Part shown: positions 21,853 through 34,041 of the stretch, in pieces
How the letters are laid out: every line of letters begins with the position of its first letter
Numbering within the stretch: the stretch's first letter is position 1
Assembly: GCA_050950765.1 (NCBI GenBank)
Contig: JBMNIF010000002.1
Span: 1,056,001-1,120,000, forward strand
Direction: 5' to 3'
DNA length: 64,000 nucleotides
DNA from: Bdellovibrionota bacterium
Lineage (GTDB): Bacteria; Bdellovibrionota_C; UBA2361; JAAYZI01
Made by a program: the position numbers and the translations under genes
Notes under the pieces: model-generated
What the model saw: only the letters and a program-made list of their open reading frames with translations
What the model was told of the DNA's origin: nothing
The model's database searches: none

Positions 21853-22323
21853 ATGACAAGAAAGAAAAGAGATTTTTCCCGTCCGATTCTTCCGGATCCT
21901 AAGTATGGCGACACTGTTTTAGCTAAGGCTATGAATGTTATTATGCGTGATGGCAAGAAAAGTGTTGCTGAGAAAGCGCTCTATAATGCGTTAGAGATTA
22001 TGCAGAGTAAGTTAAAAGCGGATCCGTTGGAGAGTTTTAGAAAGGCGCTCTCTAATATTGAGCCTGTGGTTGAGGTGCGCTCTCGTCGTGTTGGTGGTGC
22101 TACTTATCAGGTGCCGACGGAGGTTAGCGCAAAACGTGGGCAGGCTTTAGCTTTGAGGTGGCTTGTTAAATATGCCAATGCTCGTAGTGAGCGTACCCTC
22201 GCAGAGAGACTTTCTGGAGAGTTAATGGACGCTTTGCAAGGACGTGGTGCTTGTGTGAAGAAGAGGGAGGATACCCATAGAATGGCAGAAGCCAACAAGG
22301 CGTTTGCACATTTCCGTTGGTAA
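21853..22323 (+). CDS. rpsG: 30S ribosomal protein S7
   Basis: [23 protein letters not shown]. Confidence 0.99.
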   Translation: MTRKKRDFSRPILPDPKYGDTVLAKAMNVIMRDGKKSVAEKALYNALEIMQSKLKADPLESFRKALSNIEPVVEVRSRRVGGATYQVPTEVSAKRGQALALRWLVKYANARSERTLAERLSGELMDALQGRGACVKKREDTHRMAEANKAFAHFRW

Positions 22324-22470
22324 TTTTTTTACTCAGCTCGATTTCCTTTTTTTGTTGATAACGTTGCAAAGTGTGGAAATGTGATTGCTGTGATGTTTTG
22401 AATGGCAGATCTTAATGGTGGAGATCTGTAAAATGACACTGAATTATATCTTTCAGTGGGTGAGGTAAAA

Positions 22471-24570
22471 GTGGCGAAAGTAAACCTTGAAAGGGTACGA
22501 AATATCGGAATTATGGCGCATATTGATGCGGGTAAGACAACTACGACCGAGCGTATCCTTTTTTATACCGGTGTTAATTACAAAGTTGGCGAAACCCATG
22601 AGGGTGCGGCTACTATGGATTTCATGGAGTTGGAGCAGGAGAGGGGGATTACTATCGCTTCTGCTGCTACTACGTGTGAGTGGAGAGGCTCTTATGCTGA
22701 CCGTCCTGCGCATAAGATTAATATTATTGATACACCAGGTCACGTTGATTTTACGATTGAAGTTGAAAGAAGCCTTAGAGTCCTAGATGGTGCTGTGGCT
22801 GTCTTTGATGCTGTTTCTGGAGTTGAGCCCCAGTCTGAAACGGTCTGGAGGCAAGCTAATAAGTTTAATGTTCCTAGGATCTGTTTTATCAATAAGATGG
22901 ATCGTGTCGGGGCTGATTTTGATAAGTGTTATGAGTCGATCTGTTCAAGGCTACATGCAGAGGCTCTACCAATTCAAATTCCGATCGGTGCTGAAGCCAA
23001 CTTCCAAGGGGTTATCGATCTAGTTCAGATGAAGGCCATCGTTTTTGTTGAAGGGACGATGGGATCGAAGTTTAATGTGGAAGATATTCCAGCTGATTTA
23101 AAAGAGAAGGCTGAAAAGGCTAGAGAGCATATGCTGGAGGGCTTGGCTGATACTGATGAAGGTATCATGGAGAAGTATCTGCAAGGTGATGAACTTTCCA
23201 GTGCCGAGATAATTGCTGCTATTCGTAAAGCCACTGTGGAGATGAAGATCTTCCCGATGCTTTGTGGAACTGCTTTTAAGAACAAGGGTGTGCAACCTTT
23301 GTTGGATGCTATTATAGATTTTCTTCCATCCCCGTTAGATGTTCCAGCGGTGAAGGGTTATCCGATGGATAGCAAGGAGGGTGAAGAGCCTTCTATTGAG
23401 AGAAAAGCCAGTGATAGTGAGCCGTTTTCTGCCTTAGCGTTTAAGATAGTTACAGATCCGTACGTCGGTGTTCTGACCTTCTTCCGTGTTTATTCTGGAA
23501 AAATTGCAGCTGGTGCCACTGTTTTGAACTCTACTAGAGATAGTAAAGAGCGTTTCGGTCGTATCCTTAGGATACATGCGGATAAACGTGAAGAGATTAA
23601 AGAGCTCTCTACCGGTGATATCGGTGCGGCAGTGGGCTTAAAGGAAGTTGTGACAGGTGATACCTTGTGTGATCCTGCGAATCCTGTTGTCTTTGAAAGT
23701 ATATTTGCTCCGGAGCCTGTTATTAGTGTGGCGATGGAAGCTAAAACGAAATCTGACGCAGATAAACTTACAACTGCCCTGTTAAAGTTAACTAAGGAAG
23801 ATCCGTCATTAAAATTTAAGTCCGATGAAGAGACAGGGCAACTCGTGGTTTCTGGCATGGGTGAGCTGCATCTCGATATTATTAGACAACGTCTACTACG
23901 TGAGTTTGGTGTTGATTGTACCGTAGGCAAGCCGCAGGTAGCTTACAGAGAAACTGTTAAAACTAAGATTGAACATCAACTTAAATACGCCAAACAATCT
24001 GGTGGTCGTGGACAATATGCTGAGGTTTATTTACGTGTTGAGCCGCTGGGACGTGGTGGTGGATTCGAGTTTGTTGATGAGATTAAAGGTGGGGTGGTTC
24101 CTAAAGAGTATATCGGACCTACGAAGGCCGGTGTTGAGGACGCTTTGAAGAGCGGTGCTCTTGCAGGATTCCCCGTAATTGATGTAAAAGTGACGCTTTA
24201 TTTCGGTAGTTTTCATGAAGTTGACTCTAGCGAGATGGCGTTTAGGATTTGTGGTTCTATGTGCTTCAAGGAAGCGTGTCGTAAGGCTGGTATGGAGCTA
24301 CTTGAACCGATTATGTCGTTGGAAGTTGTTTCTCCTGATGAATTCGTTAGTAACGTTGTCGGAGATCTCAATAGAAGGCGTGCAAGAATTTTAGGCATGT
24401 CAGCACGTGGAGGTGCACAGGCTATCAAGGCAAGTGTTCCACTGTCTGAGATGTTCGGTTATGCCACGGACTTGCGCTCGAGCTCTCAAGGTCGAGCAAT
24501 GTTTACCATGGAGTATGACCATTACGATGTGGTGCCTGCGCAGATTGCTGAAGGGATTACTACTAAGTAG
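22471..24570 (+). CDS. fusA: Elongation factor G
   Basis: [30 protein letters not shown]. Confidence 0.99.
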   Translation: MAKVNLERVRNIGIMAHIDAGKTTTTERILFYTGVNYKVGETHEGAATMDFMELEQERGITIASAATTCEWRGSYADRPAHKINIIDTPGHVDFTIEVERSLRVLDGAVAVFDAVSGVEPQSETVWRQANKFNVPRICFINKMDRVGADFDKCYESICSRLHAEALPIQIPIGAEANFQGVIDLVQMKAIVFVEGTMGSKFNVEDIPADLKEKAEKAREHMLEGLADTDEGIMEKYLQGDELSSAEIIAAIRKATVEMKIFPMLCGTAFKNKGVQPLLDAIIDFLPSPLDVPAVKGYPMDSKEGEEPSIERKASDSEPFSALAFKIVTDPYVGVLTFFRVYSGKIAAGATVLNSTRDSKERFGRILRIHADKREEIKELSTGDIGAAVGLKEVVTGDTLCDPANPVVFESIFAPEPVISVAMEAKTKSDADKLTTALLKLTKEDPSLKFKSDEETGQLVVSGMGELHLDIIRQRLLREFGVDCTVGKPQVAYRETVKTKIEHQLKYAKQSGGRGQYAEVYLRVEPLGRGGGFEFVDEIKGGVVPKEYIGPTKAGVEDALKSGALAGFPVIDVKVTLYFGSFHEVDSSEMAFRICGSMCFKEACRKAGMELLEPIMSLEVVSPDEFVSNVVGDLNRRRARILGMSARGGAQAIKASVPLSEMFGYATDLRSSSQGRAMFTMEYDHYDVVPAQIAEGITTK

Positions 24571-24663
24571 TAACCTTCCATTCCTGTGTTGGCTATCAGT
24601 TGAAAGGAGTTAATTTTACTATCTCGGATTTTTTTGTCCGAGTTACACAAAACGGAGCGTATT

Positions 24664-25860
24664 ATGGGTAAGCAAAAGTTTGAGCGTACAAAAGCTCATG
24701 TAAACGTCGGTACTATTGGCCACGTCGATCATGGTAAAACCACATTGACGGCAGCTATTCTTCAAGTGCAAGCAAAGAAAGGGCTTGCTACCGTGAAGAG
24801 CTATGCAGATATTGCAAAAGGCGGAACAGTACGTGACGATTCTAAAACAGTAACAATTCACAGTGCACACGTTGAGTATGAGACTCAAGCTCGTCACTAT
24901 GCACACGTTGACTGCCCAGGTCATGCTGACTACGTCAAAAACATGATTACCGGTGCAGCACAGATGGATGGTGCTATTCTTGTTGTTAGTGCAGCTGATG
25001 GTCCTATGCCACAGACTCGTGAGCACATCCTTCTCGCCAGACAGGTTAATGTACCTAAGATCGTAGTCTTCCTTAATAAGGTTGATATCGTTGACGATCC
25101 TGAATTACTTGATCTCGTTGAAATGGAAGTCATTGAGCTCCTTAATGAGTATGACTATCCAGGTGATGAGACTCCTATTATTCGTGGTAGTGCCTTGAAG
25201 GCATTGCAAGGAGAGGATAGTGAGGTTGGCGTTCAATCTATCGGAAAATTGATGGATGCTATTGATACCTATATTCCAGAGCCGACTCGCGATATCGATA
25301 AACCTTTCCTTTGCCCGATTGAAGATGTGTTCTCAATCGAAGGTCGTGGTACCGTTGCAACAGGTCGTATCGAGCGCGGTATTGTGAAGGTTGGTGATGA
25401 GATCGAGATCGTTGGTATTAAAGATACCACCAAGACGGTTGTAACGGGTGTAGAGATGTTTAATAAGACCCTTGATCAAGGTCAAGCTGGTGATAACGTT
25501 GGTCTTCTTCTCCGTGGTGTTAAGAGACAAGAGGTCGAGCGTGGTCAAGTTATTGCTAAGAAGGGTTCTATTATGCCTCATAAGAAATTCAAAGGTGAGG
25601 CTTACGTCTTGAAGAAAGAAGAGGGTGGTCGTCACAAACCTTTCTTCCCAGGATACCGTCCGCAGTTCTATTTCAGAACAACTGACGTAACCGGTTCTAT
25701 TAAGCTTCCAGAGGGTGTGGAGATGGCTATGCCAGGTGATCACGTTAATTTGGAAGTTGAACTTCATCAGCCGATCGCTCTTGAGCAAGGTGTGAGGTTC
25801 GCTGTTCGTGAAGGTGGCAAAACAGTAGGTTCTGGTATTGTTACCGAGATAATTGAATAG
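24664..25860 (+). CDS. tuf: Elongation factor Tu (divergent switch I)
   Basis: [32 protein letters not shown]. Confidence 0.99.
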   Translation: MGKQKFERTKAHVNVGTIGHVDHGKTTLTAAILQVQAKKGLATVKSYADIAKGGTVRDDSKTVTIHSAHVEYETQARHYAHVDCPGHADYVKNMITGAAQMDGAILVVSAADGPMPQTREHILLARQVNVPKIVVFLNKVDIVDDPELLDLVEMEVIELLNEYDYPGDETPIIRGSALKALQGEDSEVGVQSIGKLMDAIDTYIPEPTRDIDKPFLCPIEDVFSIEGRGTVATGRIERGIVKVGDEIEIVGIKDTTKTVVTGVEMFNKTLDQGQAGDNVGLLLRGVKRQEVERGQVIAKKGSIMPHKKFKGEAYVLKKEEGGRHKPFFPGYRPQFYFRTTDVTGSIKLPEGVEMAMPGDHVNLEVELHQPIALEQGVRFAVREGGKTVGSGIVTEIIE

Positions 25861-25869
25861 TTCGAGTAA

Positions 25870-25901
25870 ATGGGGGCGTGTTCTTGGGGATACGCCCCCA
25901 T
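25870..25901 (+). other. GC-rich hairpin between tuf and rpsJ (no U tract; possible mRNA stabiliser or pause site)
   Basis: ATGGGGGCGTGTTC-TTGG-GGATACGCCCCCAT. Confidence 0.55.
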
Positions 25902-25923
25902 ATTGAGATAAGGAAAAATATCG

Positions 25924-26241
25924 ATGATAGGCGGCGGGCAGTTAATTCGTATTCGGTTAAGGGGTTATGATCATAAGCTGCTGGACTCTGCGGTGGCAGA
26001 GATAATTTTGGCAGTGCGTCGTACTGGTGGTAAGGTGGCAGGACCTATTCCGCTACCCACTAGAACCGAAAGGTATACAGTAAATCGTTCAACCTTTGTT
26101 GATAAAAAATCGCGCGAGCAGTTTGAGATGAGGACGCATAAACGTCTTTTGGATATTCTCGAGCCAACGCAGCAAACCATCGATGAACTTGGTAAGCTTG
26201 AGCTTTCCACCGGCGTTGATGTTGAGATTAAGCTGGAATAG
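25924..26241 (+). CDS. rpsJ: 30S ribosomal protein S10
   Basis: [21 protein letters not shown]. Confidence 0.98.
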   Translation: MIGGGQLIRIRLRGYDHKLLDSAVAEIILAVRRTGGKVAGPIPLPTRTERYTVNRSTFVDKKSREQFEMRTHKRLLDILEPTQQTIDELGKLELSTGVDVEIKLE

Positions 26242-26291
26242 TATCGATTTCTTGACAATGAGAAATTGATGTTCATGGAGCATTTTGAGGC

Positions 26292-26969
26292 ATGAGTTCA
26301 AAAAGACTATATCCCGAGGGTCTCTTAGGGAAAAAATTAGGAATGACGCACGTCACTGACGATGAAGGTAAGTGCATCCCTGTCACAGTAGTGGAGGTCG
26401 GTCCATGTTACGTTCTCGCTGTGCGTAGTCAAGAGAGCAATGGATATTCTGCTGTTCAATTAGGTTTTGGCAGCAAGAAACAGCAACGTGTAAATAAAGC
26501 TGCAATGGGGCATTTTGCGAAAGCAGGAAGGGGTGCCTTCTACCACGTTAATGAGATCCGTTGTGATGTTGAGAAGCTTGGCTGGAAGGATCTTGGGCAA
26601 GAGATTCGCGTTGCTGAGGTGTTTAACGAAGGTGAGTTAGTTGATATCACAGGTACCAGTATCGGACGAGGCTTCGCTGGTGTTGTGAAGAGACACGGTA
26701 TGAAAGGACAACCTGCCACTAGAGGTACCCATGAGTATCGTAGACATTCGGGTGCTGTTGGTTGTAGAAAAGATCCAGGTCGTGTGATTCCAGGGCATCC
26801 TATGGCTGGACAGAAAGGTAATGAGACCGTGACAGTTCAAAACCTTAAGGTCATTGCAGTTAGACCTGAAGAGAACCTTATATTGGTTCGTGGAGGAATT
26901 CCAGGATCCAAAGGTGGTCTTGTGACGGTTCGTAAGGCCGTTAAAGGTTATGGAGTTAAGGCGGCGTAG
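26292..26969 (+). CDS. rplC: 50S ribosomal protein L3
   Basis: [25 protein letters not shown]. Confidence 0.98.
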   Translation: MSSKRLYPEGLLGKKLGMTHVTDDEGKCIPVTVVEVGPCYVLAVRSQESNGYSAVQLGFGSKKQQRVNKAAMGHFAKAGRGAFYHVNEIRCDVEKLGWKDLGQEIRVAEVFNEGELVDITGTSIGRGFAGVVKRHGMKGQPATRGTHEYRRHSGAVGCRKDPGRVIPGHPMAGQKGNETVTVQNLKVIAVRPEENLILVRGGIPGSKGGLVTVRKAVKGYGVKAA

Positions 26970-27000
26970 TTGGTTGCCATATAGGAAGGAGATTTAAGAC

Positions 27001-27642
27001 GTGAGTGAGTTAAATTATCAGATACTGGATGCTAAAGGACAGGATGTCGGCTCCCTTGAGCTTAATCCTGATGTGTTCGGAGCTCCTATCCATCAAGATT
27101 CTGTGCATTTTGTTGTGCGTCAACAGTTGGCAGCACGGAGAGCGGGGACACACTCTGCTCTGGCGCGTTCTGATATGAAGGGAGGCGGAAAAAAACCTTT
27201 TAAACAGAAAGGAACAGGGCATGCTAGACAAGGCTCTAGGATATCTCCATTGAATCCAGGTGGCGCTATATTGTTTGGACCTTCTCCCCGTGATTATACC
27301 TTTAAGGTTCCTAGAAATGTCAGAAGAAAGGCTTTAGCGGCTGCGCTTTCTGATAAAGTTTTACAAGGGAACTTGAGGATAGTATCAGAGCTTCAGATCG
27401 AGTCTGGTAAGACTAAGGATATGAAAGCTTTTCTTGAAACAATAGGTGTGCAGGGGAAGGTCTTGGTTGTGCTTTCTAAAGAAGAGGCTGGAGCTGAGAA
27501 AGTTCGTCGGGCGGCTAATAATCTGCCGAACGTTGTAACATTACCGCCGGAGGGAGTTAATGTTTATGATCTTCTGAAAGCTAAGTTCTTGGTTGGAACG
27601 AAGACAGCTATTGAGGCTATTGAAGCTAGATTCCAAGCTTAG
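27001..27642 (+). CDS. rplD: 50S ribosomal protein L4
   Basis: GGGKKPFKQKGTGHARQGS. Confidence 0.98.
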   Translation: MSELNYQILDAKGQDVGSLELNPDVFGAPIHQDSVHFVVRQQLAARRAGTHSALARSDMKGGGKKPFKQKGTGHARQGSRISPLNPGGAILFGPSPRDYTFKVPRNVRRKALAAALSDKVLQGNLRIVSELQIESGKTKDMKAFLETIGVQGKVLVVLSKEEAGAEKVRRAANNLPNVVTLPPEGVNVYDLLKAKFLVGTKTAIEAIEARFQA

Positions 27643-27726
27643 TTATTCACCTGTTATTTTTGTTAGCTGGTGATGATTGTTTATTGTAAGGTGTGGTAAT
27701 TTTTGCGGCATCTAGGGATAAAAGTT

Positions 27727-28092
27727 ATGAGACAGAGAAGATTTTTTAAGAGAAAGAAATTGCAGGGGCAGCAGGAGGCGGTCAGCAGAAAGGTTTCGCT
27801 TTCGGATTATGCGTGCATTCTTTCTCCTGTTGTTACAGAGAAGAGCTCTATACTTCAGGGGGCTGAGGGTGGATCCGTAGTGACGTTTTTTGTGGATCGT
27901 CGGGCGGATAAGTTCAAAATAAAAGGTGCCATTGAGCGCATTTTTGAAGTTGAAGTCGCAGCGGTACGAACCTGTAACAGAATGGGTAAGTTAAAACGTA
28001 CTACACGCGCGGTTGGGCGTACAAAGCAGTATAAGAAAGCTTATGTGACGTTAAAACCAGGGTTCTCTATTGGAATAATTGAGGGAGTTTGA
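27727..28092 (+). CDS. rplW: 50S ribosomal protein L23 (basic N-terminal extension)
   Basis: PVVTEKS, KKAYVTL; operon position. Confidence 0.93.
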   Translation: MRQRRFFKRKKLQGQQEAVSRKVSLSDYACILSPVVTEKSSILQGAEGGSVVTFFVDRRADKFKIKGAIERIFEVEVAAVRTCNRMGKLKRTTRAVGRTKQYKKAYVTLKPGFSIGIIEGV

Positions 28093-28094
28093 TC

Positions 28095-28922
28095 ATGAGT
28101 CTTAGAAAGTATAAGCCGACGACTTCCAGTCGTAGATTTTATTCTGTTTCTGATTTTAAAGAGATTACCACTGATCGCCCTTGTAAGGCTTTAGTGATCG
28201 GAAGGGGTAAGGCCGGTGGGCGTAATAATCAGGGACGGGAGACGAATATAAATGTTGGTGGTGGGCATAAAAAACGGTATCGTGTTATCGATTTCCGACG
28301 TAATAAATTAAATATCCCAGGAGTTGTGGCGACGATTGAATATGATCCTAATAGGACGGCTCGTATCGCTTTGATTAACTATGCCGATGGAGAGAAGAGA
28401 TATATCGTTGCGCCGCAAGGTCTTGAGGTCGGTCAGACAATTATGGCCGGTGAGTCTGCTGAGATTAAGCCAGGTAACTGTTTGCCATTAAGAGCGATCC
28501 CCTTAGGTGAAGATGTGCACAATATCGAGTTAAAGCTTGGTAAAGGTGGACAACTGGTTCGTTCTGCTGGTGGATCTGCTCGTGTCGCTGCTAAGGAAGG
28601 TCGTTATGTTTTAGTGAGATTACCTTCCGGTGAGATGAGAAAGGTTTTGGCAGAGTGTAGTGCAACCATAGGTGTTGTCGGTAATGCAGAACACTCCAAT
28701 CTTGATTTAGGAAAGGCGGGACGTAGTCGTTGGAAAAATCGTCGTCCTCATGTTAGGGGTGTGGCGAAGAATCCTGTTGACCATCCGATGGGTGGTGGAG
28801 AAGGAAAAACTTCTGGTGGTGGACATCCGATGTCTCCTACTGGGATTAAGGCTAAAGGGTTTAAAACTAGACACAATAAACGTACAGATCGTTTTATTGT
28901 GAGAAGAAGAGGTAAAAAATAA
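28095..28922 (+). CDS. rplB: 50S ribosomal protein L2
   Basis: [24 protein letters not shown]. Confidence 0.99.
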   Translation: MSLRKYKPTTSSRRFYSVSDFKEITTDRPCKALVIGRGKAGGRNNQGRETNINVGGGHKKRYRVIDFRRNKLNIPGVVATIEYDPNRTARIALINYADGEKRYIVAPQGLEVGQTIMAGESAEIKPGNCLPLRAIPLGEDVHNIELKLGKGGQLVRSAGGSARVAAKEGRYVLVRLPSGEMRKVLAECSATIGVVGNAEHSNLDLGKAGRSRWKNRRPHVRGVAKNPVDHPMGGGEGKTSGGGHPMSPTGIKAKGFKTRHNKRTDRFIVRRRGKK

Positions 28923-28940
28923 TTGATAGGAGATTAGGCT

Positions 28941-29216
28941 ATGCCTAGGTCAGTTAAAAAAGGTCCTTTCGTTGATGATCACCTACTTAAGTGGGTTGAG
29001 AGAGCAAGGAGTGGAAAACATAAAGGTGTTATAAAGACTTGGTCGCGTAGATCAATGGTGATACCTGAGATGGTGGGGCTTACGTTTGCAGTTCATAACG
29101 GCAAGAAATTTAATGCTGTTTTTGTAACTGATAATATGGTTGGGCATAAGTTAGGGGAGTTTTCTCCAACTCGTACTTACTACGGTCACACCTCGAAGGG
29201 TTCTAAGAAGAAATAG
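28941..29216 (+). CDS. rpsS: 30S ribosomal protein S19
   Basis: KTWSRRS, GHKLGEF. Confidence 0.99.
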   Translation: MPRSVKKGPFVDDHLLKWVERARSGKHKGVIKTWSRRSMVIPEMVGLTFAVHNGKKFNAVFVTDNMVGHKLGEFSPTRTYYGHTSKGSKKK

Positions 29217-29228
29217 GTAGGGGATGTA

Positions 29229-29594
29229 ATGGCAAGGCAAAGAGTAAATGATCAAGAGATAGTTGCACGCGCCGTTGCACGGAAGGCTCGTGTTTCAACA
29301 CAGAAGGTGCGTTTGATACTGGATTTGGTTCGTGGAAAGTTAGTCAGTGATGCGTTTAATATCCTTAAGGGTAATCCTCGAAAGGGAGCAGAGATCGTAG
29401 TTAAATTACTGGAATCTGCTGTTGCTAATGCAAAGGAGAGCTCTTCTTTGGTGGATATTGATAATCTTTGGATTGCGGAAGCGAAGGCTGATATGGGGAA
29501 AACGATGCGTCGTTGGTTACCTAGGGCTCACGGTAGGGCTACTCCGCTTAAAAAAAGAACGTCACATATTACAGTATCTTTATCAGAACGTTAG
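29229..29594 (+). CDS. rplV: 50S ribosomal protein L22
   Basis: SAVANA, PRAHGRA, TSHITV. Confidence 0.97.
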   Translation: MARQRVNDQEIVARAVARKARVSTQKVRLILDLVRGKLVSDAFNILKGNPRKGAEIVVKLLESAVANAKESSSLVDIDNLWIAEAKADMGKTMRRWLPRAHGRATPLKKRTSHITVSLSER

Positions 29595-29727
29595 GGCTGG
29601 GATTGATTTGTTTATGCTTTTTATGTAGTATCGCCGCCGTTTTTGAGAAGGGCGTTAGTTGTTCTTAAAAATAGGTGATAGATAAAGTTGCGGTGAATAA
29701 TTACAATGAATTGGGATAGATAGGTTT

Positions 29728-30390
29728 ATGGGACAGAAAGTAAATCCGCGAGGGTTGCGGATAGGAATAACTGAGACTTGGAGATCTAAATGGTTCTTTC
29801 GTCATGATATGGCGAAGTTTATCGGAGAGGATCTGAAGATTCGTGAGTTCGTTAAGAAGAAATTGCATACCGTTGGGGTGTCCCAGATAGAGATTGAGAG
29901 AGCTCCTGCTAGGGTGAAGATAAATATCTATTCTGCCAAGCCAGGTTTGATTATTGGTAAGAAGGGAAAGGATATTGAAGAGTTGCGTGCTAGTTTACGC
30001 AAACTTGTTTCGGCTGATGTTAGCTTGAACATTATAGAGGCTCGTAAGGCTGATACTAACGCTCAACTTATCGCTGAGAATATCGCGTTTCAACTTGAAA
30101 AACGTGTTAATTACAGAAGAGCTGCTAAAGAGGCTGTTACTAGAGCGATGAGGATGGGGGCTGAAGGGATTAAGGTGGTAGTTGGCGGTCGTCTGAATGG
30201 GGCTGAAATTGCTCGTACTGAGCAATACAAGGATGGACGTATTCCACTGCACACCTTGAGAGCTGATATTGATTACGGTTTCGCCGAAGCAAATACAACG
30301 TACGGAATTATTGGTATTAAAACGTGGGTCTTTAAAGGTGAGCGTTTTGGAGCTGATGAGCCTGTTTCACTTGAATCGGTACAGCTTTAA
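29728..30390 (+). CDS. rpsC: 30S ribosomal protein S3
   Basis: MGQKVNP, GRLNGAEIAR, PLHTLRADIDY. Confidence 0.99.
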   Translation: MGQKVNPRGLRIGITETWRSKWFFRHDMAKFIGEDLKIREFVKKKLHTVGVSQIEIERAPARVKINIYSAKPGLIIGKKGKDIEELRASLRKLVSADVSLNIIEARKADTNAQLIAENIAFQLEKRVNYRRAAKEAVTRAMRMGAEGIKVVVGGRLNGAEIARTEQYKDGRIPLHTLRADIDYGFAEANTTYGIIGIKTWVFKGERFGADEPVSLESVQL

Positions 30391-30415
30391 GATTTGGTTT
30401 TAGGAGAGTATTGCA

Positions 30416-30841
30416 ATGTTGCAACCAAAGAGGACGAAATATAGAAGACAGATGAAGCGCGCTGCTCATACTAAGGGCACGGAGACGCGTGGGGTTGATT
30501 TACATTTTGGTGATTACGCTTTGCGTGCTTTAGAGCCGGAGTGGGTTACAGATCGTCATATCGAAGCTGGTAGGGTTGCTATCTCTCGTAAGGCTAGAAG
30601 AGGCGCTTTGATCTATATTAGAATTTTTCCAGACAAACCCCTTACTTCAAAACCTGCTGAGGTTCGTATGGGAAAAGGAAAAGGCGCTCCTGAAAAGTGG
30701 GTTGCTGAGGTTAAAGCTGGGCGTATCTTGTATGAGATCTCCGGTGTTAGTGGTGATGTGGCAAAGGAAGCATTAAGGCTTGCTATGTCTAAAATGCCGA
30801 TGCGGTGTGAAATTGTCTCTCGCAGTAAGTGTCTTTTGTAG
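30416..30841 (+). CDS. rplP: 50S ribosomal protein L16
   Basis: [19 protein letters not shown]. Confidence 0.98.
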   Translation: MLQPKRTKYRRQMKRAAHTKGTETRGVDLHFGDYALRALEPEWVTDRHIEAGRVAISRKARRGALIYIRIFPDKPLTSKPAEVRMGKGKGAPEKWVAEVKAGRILYEISGVSGDVAKEALRLAMSKMPMRCEIVSRSKCLL

Positions 30842-30858
30842 TCGAGTGGAGGAGAAGG

Positions 30859-31086
30859 ATGAAGGATCGCGAGTTTATCAATGAATTACGAAATAAAAGT
30901 GATTCTGAATTAAAGGAAGAGGCTCGGCGTATTGCAGATGAGCTGATGAAGTTGGGTTTTAGAAGAGCTGTCGGAAGAGAGGAGAACGTCCATCAGGTAA
31001 AGGCTTTGCGCAGAAATTTAGCTAGGGTTCACACCATTCGTTCAGAAAAATGTTTAGAAAAAAAGAGGAATGCTGGTAGTAACTAA
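30859..31086 (+). CDS. rpmC: 50S ribosomal protein L29
   Basis: [17 protein letters not shown]; operon position. Confidence 0.92.
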   Translation: MKDREFINELRNKSDSELKEEARRIADELMKLGFRRAVGREENVHQVKALRRNLARVHTIRSEKCLEKKRNAGSN

Positions 31087-31122
31087 TTGTTTTGGTGAAA
31101 AGTTTATTTAGGAAATAGTGGT

Positions 31123-31392
31123 ATGGATCAAGAGAATAAGACACGTGGGGCTGCTAAGGTTCGTGAAGGTGTTGTGGTTTCGAATAGTATGCAGAAGACG
31201 GTAGTTGTTGAAACTAAACGTCTTATGAAGCACAAAGTTTATGGAAAGTTTATCCGTAAGTCGAAGAAGTTTTATGCTCATGATGAGTTAGGCGCTTGTG
31301 CGGTTGGTGATACGGTTAGAATTGTTGAGACTCGTCCATTAAGCAAAATGAAGAGATGGAAGGTCAAAGAGATATTGGTGAAAGCCCAGTAA
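31123..31392 (+). CDS. rpsQ: 30S ribosomal protein S17
   Basis: [22 protein letters not shown]. Confidence 0.98.
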   Translation: MDQENKTRGAAKVREGVVVSNSMQKTVVVETKRLMKHKVYGKFIRKSKKFYAHDELGACAVGDTVRIVETRPLSKMKRWKVKEILVKAQ

Positions 31393-31434
31393 GTTCTCCC
31401 GTAAGTTTTAGAGTGATGATTTCGAGGTGATGTT

Positions 31435-31803
31435 ATGATTCAGGTGAACACGGTTCTTGGTGTGGCTGATAACTCAGGGGCTAAGAAACTTATTTGTGTT
31501 AAGGTGATCGGTGGTTCAAGGAGACGTTTTGCTACTGTTGGCGACATTATTGTTGTGGCTGTGAGAGAGACTGCTCCTAACTCTAAGATCGCTAAGGGAA
31601 CAGTACGTAAGGCAGTTATCGTTCGTACCGCTAAAGAGATTAAAAGAGTCGATGGCTCATATATTAAGTTTGATGATAACAGCGCTGTTTTAATTGATGC
31701 GAATAAAGAACCGATCGGAACTCGTATATTTGGACCTGTTGCGCGTGAGCTGCGTGCCAAGAGGTTTATGAAGATAATTTCACTTGCGTCAGAGGTGCTT
31801 TAA
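31435..31803 (+). CDS. rplN: 50S ribosomal protein L14
   Basis: [21 protein letters not shown]. Confidence 0.99.
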   Translation: MIQVNTVLGVADNSGAKKLICVKVIGGSRRRFATVGDIIVVAVRETAPNSKIAKGTVRKAVIVRTAKEIKRVDGSYIKFDDNSAVLIDANKEPIGTRIFGPVARELRAKRFMKIISLASEVL

Positions 31804-31849
31804 TTTATTAAGCTCTGATTTTTAGTTGATATTTATGGAGGGCTAAAAG

Positions 31850-32251
31850 ATGCCGTCTAAACGATTAGCCAAGAGGGCTGTGGTAAAGAAGGTTAATGTT
31901 GCCAGAAGATCTGCTTTAAAAAAGGGAGATCTTGTGATGGTGATCGCTGGTGGTAACAAAGATACTCGTCCTATTAAGGGGCAGGTTGGGAGGATTCTCG
32001 GTTTTACAGGAAAGGATCGTAGCCGTGTGCTTGTTGAAGGCATCAATATGGTGACGAGACATCAGCGCCAAACAGCTCCAGGTCGTTCTTCCGGTAAAAT
32101 TCAAAAGGAAGCACCAATTCATATTTCAAATGTGATGTATTACGTTGAAAAATTGAAAAGACCGATGCGCTTGCGCCATAGCTTTCTTGAGGATGGAACT
32201 AAGGTTCGCGGTTATCTGGATCCAGAGTCGAAGAGTTTTGTTCAAATTTAG
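31850..32251 (+). CDS. rplX: 50S ribosomal protein L24
   Basis: KKGDLVMVIAG, VEGIN, EAPIHISNV. Confidence 0.96.
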   Translation: MPSKRLAKRAVVKKVNVARRSALKKGDLVMVIAGGNKDTRPIKGQVGRILGFTGKDRSRVLVEGINMVTRHQRQTAPGRSSGKIQKEAPIHISNVMYYVEKLKRPMRLRHSFLEDGTKVRGYLDPESKSFVQI

Positions 32252-32294
32252 GTGTGCTGAAGAAGAGTAAAGAGGAATAAAGTAAAGAATAGGT

Positions 32295-32840
32295 GTGGTA
32301 ATGGAAAGATTTTCTGAAAGGTATCGTACAAAAGCGATTCCAGCTCTTACAAAAGAGTTTAATTACACTAATCCGATGCAGGTTCCACGATTGAAGAAGA
32401 TCGTTTTGAATTGTGGTGTTGGTGAGGCGACGCAAAATGCGAAGGCGATAGAGTATGCTGTTTATGCCTTGACGCAGATCGCTGGGCAGAAGCCTATTGT
32501 TACGAAGGCTCGGAAGTCGATAGCGAACTTTAAGTTGCGTGCAGGGGTTCCGATCGGTTGTTGTGTGACGTTACGTCGTTCTCAGATGGAAGATTTCTTC
32601 GATAAACTCATCTGGGTGGCTCTTCCAAGGGTAAAAGACTTTAGAGGTATGCCACGTAGAGGGTTCGACGGGAGAGGAAGTTATACTGTGGGTCTTAAGG
32701 AGCAGATAGTCTTCCCTGAGATCGATATAGATCAACTTGATAAGATTCGTGGGATGGATATAACTTTTGTCACTAGTGCTAAAACTGATGAAGAAGGTCG
32801 TGCACTTTTGCGTGAGTTAGGCTTACCTTTTAGGAACTAG
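32295..32840 (+). CDS. rplE: 50S ribosomal protein L5
   Basis: [20 protein letters not shown]. Confidence 0.98.
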   Translation: MVMERFSERYRTKAIPALTKEFNYTNPMQVPRLKKIVLNCGVGEATQNAKAIEYAVYALTQIAGQKPIVTKARKSIANFKLRAGVPIGCCVTLRRSQMEDFFDKLIWVALPRVKDFRGMPRRGFDGRGSYTVGLKEQIVFPEIDIDQLDKIRGMDITFVTSAKTDEEGRALLRELGLPFRN

Positions 32841-32868
32841 GGCTTTTTGTTGTAAAACGGAGGAACTT

Positions 32869-33054
32869 TTGGCTAAGAAGTCTTTAATTGTGAAATGTGC
32901 TCGGGAGCAGAAGTTTTCGACGCGCTCTTATACGAGATGTCAGTGTTGTGGCAGACCTCGTGGTGTTTATAAAAAGTTTATGTTGTGTCGCATTTGTTTC
33001 AGGGAGATGGTTCATCGTGGTCATATCCCAGGTATAACAAAGGCTAGTTGGTAA
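32869..33054 (+). CDS. rpsN: 30S ribosomal protein S14, zinc-binding type
   Basis: RCQCCGRPR...CRICFRE, KASW; TTG start after GGAGG. Confidence 0.97.
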   Translation: MAKKSLIVKCAREQKFSTRSYTRCQCCGRPRGVYKKFMLCRICFREMVHRGHIPGITKASW

Positions 33055-33062
33055 GGGGTATT

Positions 33063-33464
33063 ATGATAACAGATCCTATTGCTGATGCCTTGACTAGAAT
33101 TCGTAATGCTCAGAGAGCTGGACATAAATCTGTCTCTGTTCGATGTTCTAAAATGAATTTACGTTTACTTCAGGTTTTACAAAGTGAGGGATTTATCTCT
33201 TATTTTGAGAAGAAGGACGGTGAAGTCGCAGGGCAATTTAATATCGAAGTTGGCTTAAAGTATTTTCCAACAGGTGAGCCTTTAATCAGTAAGATTAAAA
33301 GGGTGAGCAGACCTGGACGGAGGGTTTATGCAGGTGTTGGAGATCTGCCGAAAGTTGATGCTGGACTAGGTCTAACCATAGTTTCTACTTCTGAAGGGGT
33401 GGTTTCTGATCGTGTTGCGCGTCAACGTAAAATAGGCGGTGAAGTTTTGGCCTTAGTTGGTTAA
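33063..33464 (+). CDS. rpsH: 30S ribosomal protein S8
   Basis: DPIADALTRIRNA, SRPGRRVY, STSEG. Confidence 0.98.
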   Translation: MITDPIADALTRIRNAQRAGHKSVSVRCSKMNLRLLQVLQSEGFISYFEKKDGEVAGQFNIEVGLKYFPTGEPLISKIKRVSRPGRRVYAGVGDLPKVDAGLGLTIVSTSEGVVSDRVARQRKIGGEVLALVG

Positions 33465-33474
33465 GGAGTTAAGG

Positions 33475-34014
33475 ATGTCACGTATTGGAAAGCTTCCCAT
33501 AGATATACCGAGTGGTGTGAAGGCGAATATCACTAATGGCGTTACTACTATTGATGGACCACGTGGGAAATTGGAGTTTCGTCTTGGAGCTGGTGTAGAA
33601 GTGGTGCAAGAGGGGAATACCCTTGTTGTTAATCGCACTGACAACACTCCACAGAGCGTTGCTAATCACGGAACAACACGTTCAATGATAGCTAATATGG
33701 TTCACGGCGTTACGCAAGGTTGGAAAAGGTCTCTTGAATTAAATGGTGTTGGTTATGTTGCCAACTGTGCTGGGGATAAGCTCACTTTGAAAGTCGGGCT
33801 TTCTCATGATGTTGTTATGCCTCTACCTGCTGCTATCACGTGTAAAGTGGAGCGCAATGTCATTCAGTTGGAGTCCAATGATCGTCAAGCACTTGGTAAT
33901 TTTGCAGCGAAGATTAGGCGTGTTAGACCACCTGAGCCGTATTTAGGTAAAGGGATTAAATACGCAGAGGAAACGATCAAGCGCAAAGCTGGTAAGACAG
34001 CTAAAGCTAAGTAG
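33475..34014 (+). CDS. rplF: 50S ribosomal protein L6
   Basis: MSRIGKLP, RPPEPYLGKGI. Confidence 0.98.
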   Translation: MSRIGKLPIDIPSGVKANITNGVTTIDGPRGKLEFRLGAGVEVVQEGNTLVVNRTDNTPQSVANHGTTRSMIANMVHGVTQGWKRSLELNGVGYVANCAGDKLTLKVGLSHDVVMPLPAAITCKVERNVIQLESNDRQALGNFAAKIRRVRPPEPYLGKGIKYAEETIKRKAGKTAKAK

Positions 34015-34041
34015 CGGTTATTTGCTTGGAGATATGATAAG

